Source: Thermoanaerobaculia bacterium (lineage in GTDB: Bacteria > Acidobacteriota > Thermoanaerobaculia > Gp7-AA8). Taken from it: 64,000 nucleotides of DNA. A program made the translations under genes and the position numbers. The stretch is from positions 6,559 through 70,558 of the forward strand of contig JAXDGL010000017.1 in assembly GCA_034665065.1 (NCBI GenBank), read 5' to 3'. Shown piece by piece: positions 19,287 to 29,415 of the stretch. The notes beneath the pieces are model-generated. The model saw nothing but the letters and a program-made list of their open reading frames with translations. It was not told the DNA's origin and ran no database searches. Position 1 is the stretch's first letter; every line of letters starts with the position of its first letter.

Positions 19287-20105
19287 CTACGTTGTCAGTT
19301 TGAACGGCGCCGGCGTCGACGCGATCGCGTCGAGCACTTCAATGTTGTGCACGATGTCGCGCGACTCCTTCGCTGCGATGACGGCGATCATCGAAGCGAG
19401 GAGCGTTGGCGGATAGAAGATCAGTGTCCCGAACTTCGCCACTTCCAGATCCCTGATCATGATCGTCGGAGCGTGCGCAAAGCCCGGCTCCACATCCAGC
19501 AGCGTCGCGAATTCCCACGCGCCATCACGAAACAGCAGCAGCGCGTCGCCGATCAGATCGATCTCATCGTTCTTGAGCACGTCGTAAATGTCGGAAAGAA
19601 CCGGCGAGAGGTCATCAATCTCATCGACGACACCGGTGACCTGGCTGGCCAGAACCGAGTTGACCGTGTCGAAGTCGGTCTTGATCGTCGCGAGTGCTGA
19701 ACCGGGCGCCACCTGCTCGACGGCGATGCCGAGATCGAGATCGATGTGCGCATTCACGCCGGCCAGCATGTGCTGGACGATGATCGGATCCGGATGCGAT
19801 GCGCCGTCGAATGCCACGCGCCAGCAGTGCGAGGGCGGCGGGAACTCACCGGGATGGAAATAGCCGTTCAGCGCCGCGAAGTAGCGGCTGGCGAACGTCA
19901 CATCGAAGAGCTCCATCCGCGGACCGTTCTGGAAAAGGTTCTGCGCGATCGCAGCCCGGATGGCGATGGTTATCCGTTTGTATAACGCGGCGAAATACCC
20001 GAGACGGCTCTCGTTGGCGATCGACCAGGCGATCACGCCCTGGATGGCGTCGACAACCTGGTCGATCGTCGTTACTGCGGTGATCGGCGGAAGTGGTGTA
20101 GGCAT
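19287..20105 (-). CDS. DUF5995-like protein
   Basis: SRLGYFAALY...FASRY...QHMLAGVNAHIDLDL pattern. Confidence 0.75.
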   Translation of the reverse strand: MPTPLPPITAVTTIDQVVDAIQGVIAWSIANESRLGYFAALYKRITIAIRAAIAQNLFQNGPRMELFDVTFASRYFAALNGYFHPGEFPPPSHCWRVAFDGASHPDPIIVQHMLAGVNAHIDLDLGIAVEQVAPGSALATIKTDFDTVNSVLASQVTGVVDEIDDLSPVLSDIYDVLKNDEIDLIGDALLLFRDGAWEFATLLDVEPGFAHAPTIMIRDLEVAKFGTLIFYPPTLLASMIAVIAAKESRDIVHNIEVLDAIASTPAPFKLTT

Positions 20106-20117
20106 AAACGAATTATG

Positions 20118-20900
20118 TCATCGCCCCTCGATGTGAATCGATCCGTTCGTCGTACGCAGGCGCAGTTCGGCGCCGCCGCCGTTCAGTGTGCCGCGCAGCG
20201 CGTGCTTGTCGTGCGAGCCGACCATCGTGATCGGCAATTCTGAGGAGATCGAGCCGTTCGTGTTCGCTGCATCGATGCGCGCGGCGAGCGTGCGCGGCAG
20301 ACGGGCGCGGATTCCGCCGTTCGTCGTCTCCAGGCGAACACCGCGTCCGGCATTGACCGCCGTCAGCTCCGCCTCGATCGCGCCATTCGTCGTCTCTGCA
20401 TTCAGATCGCCGGCGCAACGCGTCAGCCTGATGTGGCCATTCGTCGTTTCGATCTTGTGCGATCCGCGGACGTCGCTCGCCTCGATCGCGCCGTTCGTAT
20501 CCTCGATCTGCAGATCCATCGTGCGCGGGACCATGACCTCGTACGTGACCGAGATGTTCACGCTCGTGCCGGCGATCCACTCGAAGATGCCGTCGGCCGT
20601 CTTCGGATACTTGGTGTCGATGCGCAGTCCGCCGTTCGGTTGCGACAGCGCGAACGCCACCGCCTTCATCGCGCTGCGCGCGGCATCAGCGTCGCGGCTC
20701 TCGACGTGCTTGACCGCATGAATGCGAATCTTCGGCTGATCCCAGGAACGAACGGTGATGCCGCCGTTCGTGTTCGTTAGCGCGAAGACGGCGCCGGGAC
20801 GCACATCGAACGTGCGATCAAAGTTCTCATCCAACGTCGAGGCACCGGCCTGGGCGGCAGCGATCGTGAGGAGGGCAGTGAAAAGGATGCGCTTGAGCAT
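20118..20900 (-). CDS. DUF4097 beta-strand repeat (putative adhesin) exported protein
   Basis: Signal peptide AQA and repeated xTTNG.I motifs. Confidence 0.88.
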   Translation of the reverse strand: MLKRILFTALLTIAAAQAGASTLDENFDRTFDVRPGAVFALTNTNGGITVRSWDQPKIRIHAVKHVESRDADAARSAMKAVAFALSQPNGGLRIDTKYPKTADGIFEWIAGTSVNISVTYEVMVPRTMDLQIEDTNGAIEASDVRGSHKIETTNGHIRLTRCAGDLNAETTNGAIEAELTAVNAGRGVRLETTNGGIRARLPRTLAARIDAANTNGSISSELPITMVGSHDKHALRGTLNGGGAELRLRTTNGSIHIEGR

Positions 20901-20925
20901 GATGTCGTGTCCTTTGTCTTAGGTC

Positions 20926-21017
20926 GAGTGGATCAGTGATTGGTGGATTAGGAAGAGCTAAATCGGCGGCCTTCGTAATCCACGGATCTACGAATCCACT
21001 CATCTACTAATCGACTA
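20926..21017. repeat. Octamer-periodic inverted repeat
   Basis: GTGGAT-type units on the left; TAATCCAC GGATCTAC GAATCCAC TCATCTAC TAATCGAC on the right. Confidence 0.65.
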
Positions 21018-21019
21018 CC

Positions 21020-21045
21020 TACGTCCCATCTCGCCGCAGGTTGCA
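21020..21045 (-). promoter_or_regulatory. Possible ECF (SigW-like) promoter for the DUF4097 gene
   Basis: TGCAAC-N16-CGTA on the minus strand, about 120 nt upstream of the start. Confidence 0.4.
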
Positions 21046-21061
21046 GTTACAATCCACCTTC

Positions 21062-23290
21062 GTGAAACGCGGCGGCGCGGTGACACTCCTCTTCGCGACG
21101 CTCGCGATCATCCTCGGCGTTCTGATTCTGAGGATGCGCGGTCCCGCGCCACTCCCCGCATCCGCGCCTGCGAGCTCGTTCTCCGCGGCGCGCGCGATCG
21201 ATGGCGAGCGCGCAGTCCTCGGCACGGAGCCGCATCCAAGCGGCACCGCGGCGCACGATGCCGTTCGCGATCGTCTGGCCGCGCAGTTCAGCGCCCTCGG
21301 ATACGACGTCACCATCCAGCGCGCGTTCGCCTGCAGCGCGTACGTCACTTGCGCGCCGGTCGCGAACATCATCGCCCGCACTCCCGGCGACGCGCGGCCC
21401 GACGCGCTCATCCTCGCGGCGCACTACGATTCCGTCCCCGCCGGGCCGGGCGCTTCCGACGATGGGCAGGGATTTGCGGCGCTCGTCGAGATCGCGCGCG
21501 CCTTGCGCAATGAACGCTTCCGCAATCCGATCGTCTACCTCGTCACCGACGCAGAAGAAGTTGCGTTGCTCGGCGCGGAAGGGTTTGTCGGCGATGCGGG
21601 ATTGCTGAAGGGCTCGGCCGCCGTCATCAACGTCGAAGCACGCGGAACGGATGGGCCGAGCTTCCTCTTCGAGACCAGCCGGAAGAACGAGTGGATCGCG
21701 CGCACGATTGCCAGTTCACTCCCGCGGCCCGCCACGAGCTCGCTCTACTACGACATCTACGAGATGTTGCCGAACGACACCGACCTCACGGTGTTCAAGC
21801 GTGCCGGTCTTGCGGGAATCGGATTCGCAAACATCGGACGTCCGGTGCAGTACCACACGCCGCTCGACAACATCGAGAACGTCACGCTGTCGACGCTGCA
21901 ACATCACGGCGACCACGTGCTGGCGATGACTCGCGCGTTCGCGGCCGCCGATCTGCGTCAGACGAGCCGCGGCAATGCGGTCTGGTTCGACGTGCTCTCG
22001 CTCTTCGTCGTCTGGTGGCCGCAGCGTTACTCGCTCGTCGTGGCCATCGTCGCGTTCGTAACGTTGATCATCGCGTCGTTCCTGATGACGCGCGACGGCC
22101 GGACGAAAGCGGGAGCGATCACGATCGGCGTGCTTTCGTTCTTCGCAACGCTGATCGCTGCGCTGCTCGCTGGCATCGCGGGAAACTGGCTTGCCGGTTT
22201 GCGCGCGGGCGGCACCGTTTGGGTCGCCTATCCCGGCGCCGCGATCGCCACGGCATGGCTGATCGGCGGCGTCGTCTCGATCATCGTCGCGCAGCGTCTC
22301 ATCAAGTACGCCGGCGTCGACGGTCTCTTCCTCGGTTACGCAACCTGCTGGACGGCCATCGCCATTGCGCTGACTATCGTGCTGCCCGGCGGCAGCTATC
22401 TGACGCTCGTGCCGGCGATCGCGTTCGCCGCCTGCGCGCTGCTTCGCGTCACTCTCAAAATGTCCGACGCAACATCAGCGATCGCCTGCGCCGCCGTCGC
22501 CGCAATCGTGATCTTTCCCCTCGGCCTCGCGCTCTACGTCGCACTCGGCACGGGGATCCTGCCGTTCATCGCGATGCTGATCGCGCTCGTGGCGACGACG
22601 CTCGCGGCGCTGCTCGCCAGCATCCCGTCCTTGAAGCGCCCGCTGCTCGGGATGTTCGCTGCGGCGATCATTGCCTGCGTCATCATCGCCAATCTCGTCC
22701 CAGCACATACCGCCGCGTCGCCGCGCCACCTCAACCTCACCTACACCGACGACGGGACCGCGCCACACTGGGAAGCCGAGGCCTTGACTCCCGCGATTTC
22801 GCAAGCAGCGGATTTCGATCCCGCACCAAAGCCGATCGCCGAGTGGATGAAGGAGCCGGCAAAGGCTCTAATCGCGCCCGCACCGAACCTCGGACTCGCG
22901 CCCGCGGAATTGCACATCATCCGCGACGAGCACACCGGCGGACGTCATCTCACATTGCAACTCCGCTCCGTTCGCAACGCTCCAAGAATCTCGCTCATCT
23001 TCCGCGCACAGTCCTTCACGTCGATGCGTGTCAACGGAATCACGCCGCCGCCGGCGACACGAATCATCGGCGGTTACGCACCGGGATGGCACCGCGTCAG
23101 CGTCCGCGCCCCCGAGGCAACGATCGAGCTCGAGCTGAAGCGCGACGAACCGATCGACGCCGTCATCATCGACGGCACGTACGGTCTGCCGGCCGAAGGC
23201 GCCGCACTCGTGAAGGCGCGCGATGCATCGCTCGCGGTGCCGTTTCAAGAGGGAGATCTCACGACGACGTTGCGCCGGATGCGGTTATAG
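21062..23290 (+). CDS. M28-family membrane metallopeptidase
   Basis: AHYDSVPAGPGASDDG, DAEEVALLG, NVEARG, DTD, YHTPLD, followed by a multi-TM region. Confidence 0.92.
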   Translation: MKRGGAVTLLFATLAIILGVLILRMRGPAPLPASAPASSFSAARAIDGERAVLGTEPHPSGTAAHDAVRDRLAAQFSALGYDVTIQRAFACSAYVTCAPVANIIARTPGDARPDALILAAHYDSVPAGPGASDDGQGFAALVEIARALRNERFRNPIVYLVTDAEEVALLGAEGFVGDAGLLKGSAAVINVEARGTDGPSFLFETSRKNEWIARTIASSLPRPATSSLYYDIYEMLPNDTDLTVFKRAGLAGIGFANIGRPVQYHTPLDNIENVTLSTLQHHGDHVLAMTRAFAAADLRQTSRGNAVWFDVLSLFVVWWPQRYSLVVAIVAFVTLIIASFLMTRDGRTKAGAITIGVLSFFATLIAALLAGIAGNWLAGLRAGGTVWVAYPGAAIATAWLIGGVVSIIVAQRLIKYAGVDGLFLGYATCWTAIAIALTIVLPGGSYLTLVPAIAFAACALLRVTLKMSDATSAIACAAVAAIVIFPLGLALYVALGTGILPFIAMLIALVATTLAALLASIPSLKRPLLGMFAAAIIACVIIANLVPAHTAASPRHLNLTYTDDGTAPHWEAEALTPAISQAADFDPAPKPIAEWMKEPAKALIAPAPNLGLAPAELHIIRDEHTGGRHLTLQLRSVRNAPRISLIFRAQSFTSMRVNGITPPPATRIIGGYAPGWHRVSVRAPEATIELELKRDEPIDAVIIDGTYGLPAEGAALVKARDASLAVPFQEGDLTTTLRRMRL

Positions 23291-23315
23291 GCCGGATTAC
23301 AACCGGCCGAGTTGC

Positions 23316-23490
23316 TGTCATTTCGAATCGGCGGAACCGCGGGGGCGGCCGGGCGGGGTGAGCGGTGGAGCACGATGAGAAATCCCCCGCCTACGAAGCG
23401 CGATCTCTATATCGGCAGGGGATTCCTCGACCGTGCTTCACCGCTCCCGCCACCCTTCCGTCCCCGCGGTTCCGCCGGCTCGGAATGACA
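23316..23490. repeat. Family B TGTCA...TGACA palindromic element (inverted relative to 9153-9314)
   Basis: TGTCATTTCGAATCGGCGGAACCGCGGGG ... CCCCGCGGTTCCGCCGGCTCGGAATGACA. Confidence 0.85.
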
Positions 23491-23611
23491 GAACGTTGTG
23501 CTTTCGTCTCTGCACGTGAATCGGTCGGGCCAGGAGTTTGCGCGGCAGAAACTTGGAGGCCGTTTACGCAAGCAAGGACGGCGACGAATTTCGACCTCCG
23601 CCCTGACAGCA

Positions 23612-23712
23612 CCCGGGCGAGGACGCCCAAGTGCCCGCGGTCGAGACGACCGCACTCCTTACTGCCTGGGGAGGGCGGGCGTCTCGCCCGCGGTCATCGA
23701 GGCGTCCCGCCT
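23612..23712. repeat. GCGGGCGTCTCGCCCGC-type REP-like units
   Basis: GCGGTCGAGACGACCGCACTCC and the inverted GGGAGGGCGGGCGTCTCGCCCGC. Confidence 0.55.
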
Positions 23713-23833
23713 CGGTGGCCGATCCGGCGGCTGACTCCAGGAAACGAAACCCAGAACCAGGAAACACGTGGCGCGGAACCGATCGTGGTTTAAGTTATGG
23801 GAACGCCCTCCTCGGCTTGTGCGTCCAATACAC

Positions 23834-24622
23834 ATGCCTTCGAATTTGACCGCGCGCTTCTTCCTCCTCGCCGCGGCGCTTCTCTTTCCTCTCCACCTTC
23901 TCGCCGACGACCCACCCTCCGTCCTCTGGAGCCGATTCGATTCCAGACCGTTGTTCATTGCCGCATCGGCGGTCATGAACCCGGATGGATCGCCGTCAGC
24001 GATCGTGCCGGAGGGCTGGGGCATCGACCAAACGAGCTTGCGTTCCCGAGTCGTTCCGCCGAGTTCGCAAACGCCTCCGTTCGGAGTGTGGGACTCCGTA
24101 ACACTTTGCCAGCATGGCTGGCTGTCTGTGGATGACGACCCTGAAGAATTCGTCAATCGAAGTAACGCGCACGACGCGATCATAAGTGCGCGCGTCATCG
24201 TTTCGGGAACGATCAGACGGGTGACGCCGGGTTTTTTCTACACGCCCGCTTCGCTCGTCGAGCTCGATCATCTCGACAAAATCAAGATCGGGACTTCGTA
24301 TAGTGCACTGCACGATGTGCTCTACATCCGAATCCCCTACGCCCGCTTTGCCATTGGCGACCACGAATACTGTCGAGACCTGGGACCGAATGCCTATGCG
24401 CCGCGAGCCGGTGACAAGCTTCTCGTCTTTGCCTATGCCCCACCCCTGGATGCCGAGGGAAAGTTGCTCTACCTGAGCTCCGATGACGTCATCGTGCAGC
24501 CGAGCGCGGAGCGTGAACTCCGGATTCCTAAGGTGCTCGCGATTTTTGGCGGCACTGGTTCGACGATCGAATCGATCACCGCTTCCATCCGCGCGGCGAT
24601 GAGAGTGCCGAGTCGGCGTTAG
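23834..24622 (+). CDS. Secreted hypothetical protein
   Basis: Signal peptide (FFLLAAALLFPLHLLA-DD). No family recognised. Confidence 0.65.
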   Translation: MPSNLTARFFLLAAALLFPLHLLADDPPSVLWSRFDSRPLFIAASAVMNPDGSPSAIVPEGWGIDQTSLRSRVVPPSSQTPPFGVWDSVTLCQHGWLSVDDDPEEFVNRSNAHDAIISARVIVSGTIRRVTPGFFYTPASLVELDHLDKIKIGTSYSALHDVLYIRIPYARFAIGDHEYCRDLGPNAYAPRAGDKLLVFAYAPPLDAEGKLLYLSSDDVIVQPSAERELRIPKVLAIFGGTGSTIESITASIRAAMRVPSRR

Positions 24623-24775
24623 AACCAGCGCGGGACGCGCAACTGATACTCCCGATACGCGTCGCCGAACTTCGCGGCGAAGTAGGACGATGCCAGTGAC
24701 GACCTTCATTGCCGACGCTCTACCGGCGACGATCGTTCCGCGCCCCCGCGCCAGACCAACTTCGTAGGCGTGGAG
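24619..24775 (-). pseudogene. Remnant of isoprenylcysteine carboxyl methyltransferase (Ste14/PEMT-like) gene
   Basis: The minus frame ends YFAAKFGDAYREYQLRVPRWF-TAA, a typical family C-terminus. It is cut off by an upstream in-frame TGA and frame change. Confidence 0.55.
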
Positions 24776-24796
24776 CCGCACGCGGATTTCGGGCGA

Positions 24797-24914
24797 TGTC
24801 ATTTCGAGTCGGCGAAACCGCGGGGGCGGCGGGCGGGGGAGCGGTGAAGCACGACGAGAAATCCCCCGCCCACGAAGTGAGCAGTTACGAGCGGCAGGGA
24901 TACCTCTCCGCGTG
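24797..24914. repeat. Partial family B palindromic element
   Basis: TGTCATTTCGAGTCGGCGAAACCGCGGGGGCGG...GCACGACGAGAAATCCCCCGCC matches the left arm of 23316-23490. Confidence 0.75.
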
Positions 24915-24923
24915 AGCAATGCG

Positions 24924-25499
24924 TTAGCTCGGCGACGTCCACCGGTTCGTCTCGAAGTTCCAGATCGCGCCGTGCTCCCGGCGGCTGACTGTCAGTCGCG
25001 GGCGGCCGGAACGAAGCTCGTAGTTGATGAAGAAGCCAGCGACATTCGAGCAGACCGAGCGGTCGCAAACGGATGGAAAGAGGGACCGGGGCGCTGTGAG
25101 CTTCGTAGGTAACTCGGAGGTCGTCGCCGGCCACATGCCGGTCCGTTCGTGGACGGCGGCTACTTCAGCGGCAATCTGTCCCGCGTACCGTTCTGCTGCG
25201 ACGAAGCCCTGCTCGTAGGCAAACCGAAAGAATCGCCCGGTAATGATGACGACGATCACGATCCCAATGACGGCACGCACACGTTTCGACCGAACGGAGG
25301 CCCGGCTTGGCACGAGCACGAGAGCGGTTGTGAGTGCCGCAAGGGTCAGCGTAGGAGCGTACAGGTAGAGTGCTTGAACCGGAACAACGCCACTGCCGAG
25401 CTCCAAGAGAGAAATCGTGACAGTCGCTACGAGCGCGTAGAGGCCGAAAACCGCCACCGTTGACACGACCGGTCGCCACGTCATGATGTTCCGTCGCAA
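24924..25499 (-). CDS. Hypothetical 3-TM membrane protein
   Basis: Three hydrophobic helices and a soluble C-terminus. The start is uncertain (25499 or about 25484). Confidence 0.55.
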   Translation of the reverse strand: MRRNIMTWRPVVSTVAVFGLYALVATVTISLLELGSGVVPVQALYLYAPTLTLAALTTALVLVPSRASVRSKRVRAVIGIVIVVIITGRFFRFAYEQGFVAAERYAGQIAAEVAAVHERTGMWPATTSELPTKLTAPRSLFPSVCDRSVCSNVAGFFINYELRSGRPRLTVSRREHGAIWNFETNRWTSPS

Positions 25500-25659
25500 G
25501 CGGATCCAAGCAAGTTCGAGAACCTCGAAGGGTTATGCAAGGGGCTTGAAGGCCAAGTGCAGGGCCGCGTTAGGCTAGACAAAATGTGGCCCTGTCTCGG
25601 GACTTCTTATCGGTGTCTGGAACGAATGAGCACGTTCGCGATGGCATCCGTCGCCCCAA

Positions 25660-26292
25660 TCACCCCGCCCACTCCTCCGTCAGTTGCTCCTTCGTAAACC
25701 CGTACGAATTGCAATCGAGGTTGCCGGACGCGTCGCCGGGGATGCCGGGGACCTGGTTGGGTTCGAGGCCGGCCTTTGAGTCGGTGTATTGCCATAGCCA
25801 GATCGAGTCCCAGCTTGCTTGCGGCTTGGGCGTTGCGCTGTATTGCGCGAGCCAGAGGCGGTGAGAACCGAAGAAGGGGTCGGCAGTGTTGCCCATGTCG
25901 GTCTTGAACAGGCCGCCGCAATAGAGGACCGGTTTGCGGCCGATCTGCTCGGCGACCAGCGTCAGGAACTGGCGGGCCTGATCGATCGTCATCTGGTTGT
26001 TGGCCGTCTCCTCGAAGTCGAGGGCGACGAGCGTCGTGTCGTCCGGCTCGGCGGTGGAGAGGAAGTTGTCGACCTGGTCCTCGACGTCCGCGTTCGTTCC
26101 CCAGTGATACGCGCCCCAGAGCATGCCGGCGTCGAGCACCTGTTGCCGGCGGTCTTCATACTCGTCGTCCTGACCGGTCGCGCCCGTCGTCGCCTTGTGG
26201 ATGATGCCCCAGAGGCCGGAATCGGCGGCCTGCTGGAAGCTGGTGACGTTATCCTCGTGGTAGAGATCGACAACCCTCAGGTTGATCGCCAT
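25660..26292 (-). CDS. Glycoside hydrolase family 25 (lysozyme M1/muramidase)
   Basis: VVDLYH, IIHKATTG, WGAYHW, ALDFE, LWLAQY, LWQYTD, LDCN. AGGAG SD. Confidence 0.92.
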   Translation of the reverse strand: MAINLRVVDLYHEDNVTSFQQAADSGLWGIIHKATTGATGQDDEYEDRRQQVLDAGMLWGAYHWGTNADVEDQVDNFLSTAEPDDTTLVALDFEETANNQMTIDQARQFLTLVAEQIGRKPVLYCGGLFKTDMGNTADPFFGSHRLWLAQYSATPKPQASWDSIWLWQYTDSKAGLEPNQVPGIPGDASGNLDCNSYGFTKEQLTEEWAG

Positions 26293-26344
26293 AGGGATTC
26301 TCCTCCGTCTGAAATGGACGGGCCATTCTCCACCAATTCTCCGG

Positions 26345-26375
26345 AAAATGCGAAGGCCCGCCGAGGCGGGCCTTC
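26345..26375 (-). terminator. Intrinsic terminator at end of alpha operon
   Basis: GAAGGCCCGCC-TC-GGCGGGCCTTC stem followed by GCATTTT, immediately after the rplQ stop. Confidence 0.7.
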
Positions 26376-26379
26376 AGGA

Positions 26380-26967
26380 CTACTTGCCGCTCTTTTTCTT
26401 CGCGGCGGTTTTCTTGGCTGGGGCTTTTTCTTTCGCCTTCGGCTTTTCGGCCTTTGGCTTGGCTGCTGCCTTCTTGGCCGGCTTCTTCGCCTTCGGTTCT
26501 ACTTCCTCATCATCGGCATCGGCTTTCGCCTTTGCTTTCGGCTCCTTCTTCGGAGCGGCGGCTTTCTTCGCGCCTTTGGCCGGCGCCTCTTCAGCAACCT
26601 CGGTCTCGAGCTTGAAGTCGACGAACTCGAGGATGCACATCTCGGCGGCGTCGCCGCGGCGAGGTCCGAGCTTGATAATGCGGGTGTAGCCGCCCGGACG
26701 ATTCGCGAAGCGCGGCGCGAGCGTGCCGAACAACTTCTGCACGTTCGCATCCTCGGCAACGATCTTCGCGGCCTGACGGCGCGTGTGAACGCTGTCGATG
26801 CGCGCCAGCGTCACGAGGCGCTCGATCTGCGGCTTGAGCTCTTTCGCCTTCGGCAGCGTGGTGATGATGCGCTCGCGGTCGATGAGCGATGCGAGCTGGT
26901 TGCGGAAGAGCGCATTGCGATGCGCGCTTGTGCGTCCCAGCTTGCGGTTGACCATTCCGTGTCTCAT
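26380..26967 (-). CDS. rplQ: 50S ribosomal protein L17 with Lys/Ala-rich C-terminal extension
   Basis: MRHG..RKLGRTSAHR, RPGGYTRIIK, RRGDAA. Confidence 0.97.
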   Translation of the reverse strand: MRHGMVNRKLGRTSAHRNALFRNQLASLIDRERIITTLPKAKELKPQIERLVTLARIDSVHTRRQAAKIVAEDANVQKLFGTLAPRFANRPGGYTRIIKLGPRRGDAAEMCILEFVDFKLETEVAEEAPAKGAKKAAAPKKEPKAKAKADADDEEVEPKAKKPAKKAAAKPKAEKPKAKEKAPAKKTAAKKKSGK

Positions 26968-27000
26968 TGCATTCCCCTCACTTTTCTCGACGCCGAATGA

Positions 27001-27984
27001 CTAATCGCGCATCTCTGCGCCACGCGGCGCACGGGTCATGCCAAACGACAGACCGAGCGATGCCAGGACGTCTTTGATCTCGTCGAGCGACTTGCGGCCG
27101 AAGTTCTTGGTCGACAGCATCTCCCGCTCGGTGCGCTGCACCAGATCGCCAAGCGTACGGATATTGGCGTTCTTCAGGCAGTTGGCGGAACGGACAGAGA
27201 GGTCGAGCTCTTCGATCGGCTTGGTGAGCATCTCGGCCATGCGCGGATCGACTTCCGGCGCTGCCACGTCTTCGGCCTCTTCACCACGCGCTTCGAACTG
27301 GCTGAAGATGCGGAGGTGATCGCCGAGGAGGTCGGCGGCGAGGCCGACGGCTTCCTGCGGCGAGACGGCGCCGTTCGTCCAGACTTCGATGACGAGCTTG
27401 TCGTAGTCGGTCATCTGGCCGACGCGCGCGCCTTCGACGTGATAGTTCACGCGGCGGACCGGCGAATGGATCGAGTCGATGGGGATGTAACCGAGCGGCA
27501 GATCGCCATCGGCATTGCGGTCGGCGACCTGGTAGCCGCGGCCGCGCTTGAGACGCGCTTCGAGCTTGAGCGAGCCTTCCTTCGAAAGCGTAGCGATGTG
27601 CGCCGTCGGATCGAGGATCTCGATGTCGGAGTCGGCTTCGAAGTCGGCGGCGGTGACGACGCCCGGCCCCTTCTTTTCGAGATAGAGAGTCTTCGGACCT
27701 TCGCCGTGCATACGGAACGGCACCTGTTTGAGGTTGAGCACGACGTCGGTCATATCTTCGACGACGCCGGTGAGCGATGAGAACTCGTGAAGCACGCCTT
27801 CGACACGGACGGCCGTGATGGCAGCGCCTTCAATGGATGAGAGCAGCACGCGTCGGAGCGCATTGCCGATCGTGGTGCCGAAGCCGCGCTCGAACGGCTG
27901 GGCCGTGAAGCGGCCGAAGTTCGGCGTAAGTGTTTCGGCATCGTAATCGAGCTTTTTCGGTTTCTGGAAATCTGACCACAACAT
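27001..27984 (-). CDS. rpoA: RNA polymerase alpha subunit
   Basis: [49 protein letters not shown] before the ATG at 27984. Confidence 0.98.
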   Translation of the reverse strand: MLWSDFQKPKKLDYDAETLTPNFGRFTAQPFERGFGTTIGNALRRVLLSSIEGAAITAVRVEGVLHEFSSLTGVVEDMTDVVLNLKQVPFRMHGEGPKTLYLEKKGPGVVTAADFEADSDIEILDPTAHIATLSKEGSLKLEARLKRGRGYQVADRNADGDLPLGYIPIDSIHSPVRRVNYHVEGARVGQMTDYDKLVIEVWTNGAVSPQEAVGLAADLLGDHLRIFSQFEARGEEAEDVAAPEVDPRMAEMLTKPIEELDLSVRSANCLKNANIRTLGDLVQRTEREMLSTKNFGRKSLDEIKDVLASLGLSFGMTRAPRGAEMRD

Positions 27985-28003
27985 GTGAGCGGCCTCCTCG
28001 CTG

Positions 28004-28078
28004 TTAGCTCCCAGCTCCCAGCTCTGAGCTCTTAGAAAACCGCTTCCTAAGAGCTCAGAGCTAAGAGCTAAGAGCTGA
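28004..28078. repeat. Heptamer-tandem hairpin (AGCTCTT/AAGAGCT) in rpsD-rpoA spacer
   Basis: About four heptamers, a loop, then about four reverse-complement heptamers. Confidence 0.85.
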
Positions 28079-28081
28079 TTC

Positions 28082-28708
28082 TTACTTCGAGTAGAGTTCG
28101 ACGATGAGCTGTTCCTGGATCGGCAGGCGGATGTCTTCGCGCTTCGGAAGATCATTCACACGGCCGAGGAACTGATCGGGATTGAGCTCGAGCCACGACG
28201 GAATGCCGCGCCCGCTGGCCGTTTCGACAGCCTGGCGGATCTGGTCATTCTTGCGGCTCTTCTCGCGAACCTGGATGACATCCCCTTTGCGACCCTGGTA
28301 GGAAGGGATGTTGATTTTCTTGCCGTTCACTTCGATATGGCCGTGGCGCACGAGCTGGCGAGCCTGGGCGCGCGATGCGGCGAATCCGAGGGAGTAGACG
28401 ACGTTGTCGAGCCGGAGCTCGAGCTGGCGGAGAAGATTGTCGCCGGTGATGCCGGTCTTGCCGGCGGCGCGCTTGAAGTAAAGGCGGAACTGCTTTTCAA
28501 GCAAGCCGTAAATGCGCTTGACCTTCTGCTTTTCGCGAAGCTGGATTCCGTAGCCGAGAACCTTGGAACGGCGGCGGCCATGCTGACCCGGCGCGTAATT
28601 GCGGCGCTCGATCGAGCACTTATCCTTGAAACAACGGTCGCCTTTGAGAAACAGCTTCATTCCCTCTCGACGGCAGAGCCGGCAAACGGGATCTGAGTAA
28701 CGTGCCAC
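28082..28708 (-). CDS. rpsD: 30S ribosomal protein S4
   Basis: [35 protein letters not shown] start after an AGGAGG SD. Confidence 0.98.
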   Translation of the reverse strand: MARYSDPVCRLCRREGMKLFLKGDRCFKDKCSIERRNYAPGQHGRRRSKVLGYGIQLREKQKVKRIYGLLEKQFRLYFKRAAGKTGITGDNLLRQLELRLDNVVYSLGFAASRAQARQLVRHGHIEVNGKKINIPSYQGRKGDVIQVREKSRKNDQIRQAVETASGRGIPSWLELNPDQFLGRVNDLPKREDIRLPIQEQLIVELYSK

Positions 28709-28812
28709 TAGACCTCCTGAAGTATCGCGCCCGTCCCACCATGAGACGCCGCGTGTACGGCGGCTGCTGCACGCCGTACGGAACTGCGGACCGGCACTAT
28801 GCCGGAAAAACA

Positions 28813-28888
28813 AGCTCTCAGCTCTTAGCTGGTAGCTCTCAGGAGTTTTTTCGTTCCCCTAAGAGCCAACAGCTAAGAGCGAAGAGCT
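28813..28888. repeat. Heptamer-tandem hairpin (AGCTCTT family) in rpsK-rpsD spacer
   Basis: AGCTCTCAGCTCTTAGCTGGTAGCTCTCAGG ... CCTAAGAGCCAACAGCTAAGAGCGAAGAGCT. Confidence 0.85.
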
Positions 28889-28893
28889 GGAAA

Positions 28894-29307
28894 TCAAACT
28901 CTGCGACGCTTTGGCGGACGGCAGCCGTTGTGCGGGATCGGCGTGACGTCTTTGATCGACTTGATGTCGAGTCCGGACGCTGCCAGTGCACGGATGGCGG
29001 ACTCGCGTCCGGCTCCCGGGCCTTTGACCCTCACGTCGACCGAACGGACGCCGTGCTCCTGCGCGAGCTGGGCGGCATTCTGGGCTGCGACCTGGGCCGC
29101 GAATGGCGTCCCTTTACGCGAGCCTTTGAAGCCGATGCGGCCGGCGCTCGACCAGGAGAGCGTGTTCCCCATCGGATCGGAGATCGCCACGATCGTGTTG
29201 TTAAACGAGGCGTTGATTGCCGCCACGCCATGCGGAATGCTCTTCCGCTCTTTCTTCTTCGTTCCCGCGCGGCGGGCTCCAGCTTTGGGGGCTCGGGCAG
29301 TTGCCAT
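28894..29307 (-). CDS. rpsK: 30S ribosomal protein S11
   Basis: [37 protein letters not shown]. Confidence 0.98.
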   Translation of the reverse strand: MATARAPKAGARRAGTKKKERKSIPHGVAAINASFNNTIVAISDPMGNTLSWSSAGRIGFKGSRKGTPFAAQVAAQNAAQLAQEHGVRSVDVRVKGPGAGRESAIRALAASGLDIKSIKDVTPIPHNGCRPPKRRRV

Positions 29308-29341
29308 TGATGTTCCTCTGATTTCTTAGAGCTGCGTGATC

Positions 29342-29412
29342 CGGTTGTCGGTTGTCAGTTCTCGGTTGTCACGGTCAGGGTTTCGACAACCTCTAACCGA
29401 CAACCGACAACG
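29342..29412. repeat. Heptamer-tandem hairpin (GGTTGTC/GACAACC) in rpsM-rpsK spacer
   Basis: CGGTTGTCGGTTGTCAGTTCTCGGTTGTC ... GACAACCTCTAACCGACAACCGACAAC. Confidence 0.85.
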
Positions 29413-29415
29413 TCC

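Noticed and set aside
25660-26292. Prophage lysis cassette
   Set aside because: GH25 stands alone, with no holin, spanin, integrase or structural phage genes.
27985-28155. N-terminal extensions on RpoA, S4, L18, L24, S7, S12 and SecY in the ORF track
   Set aside because: They run through repeats or upstream genes. Downstream starts match the conserved N-termini and mostly have SD sequences.
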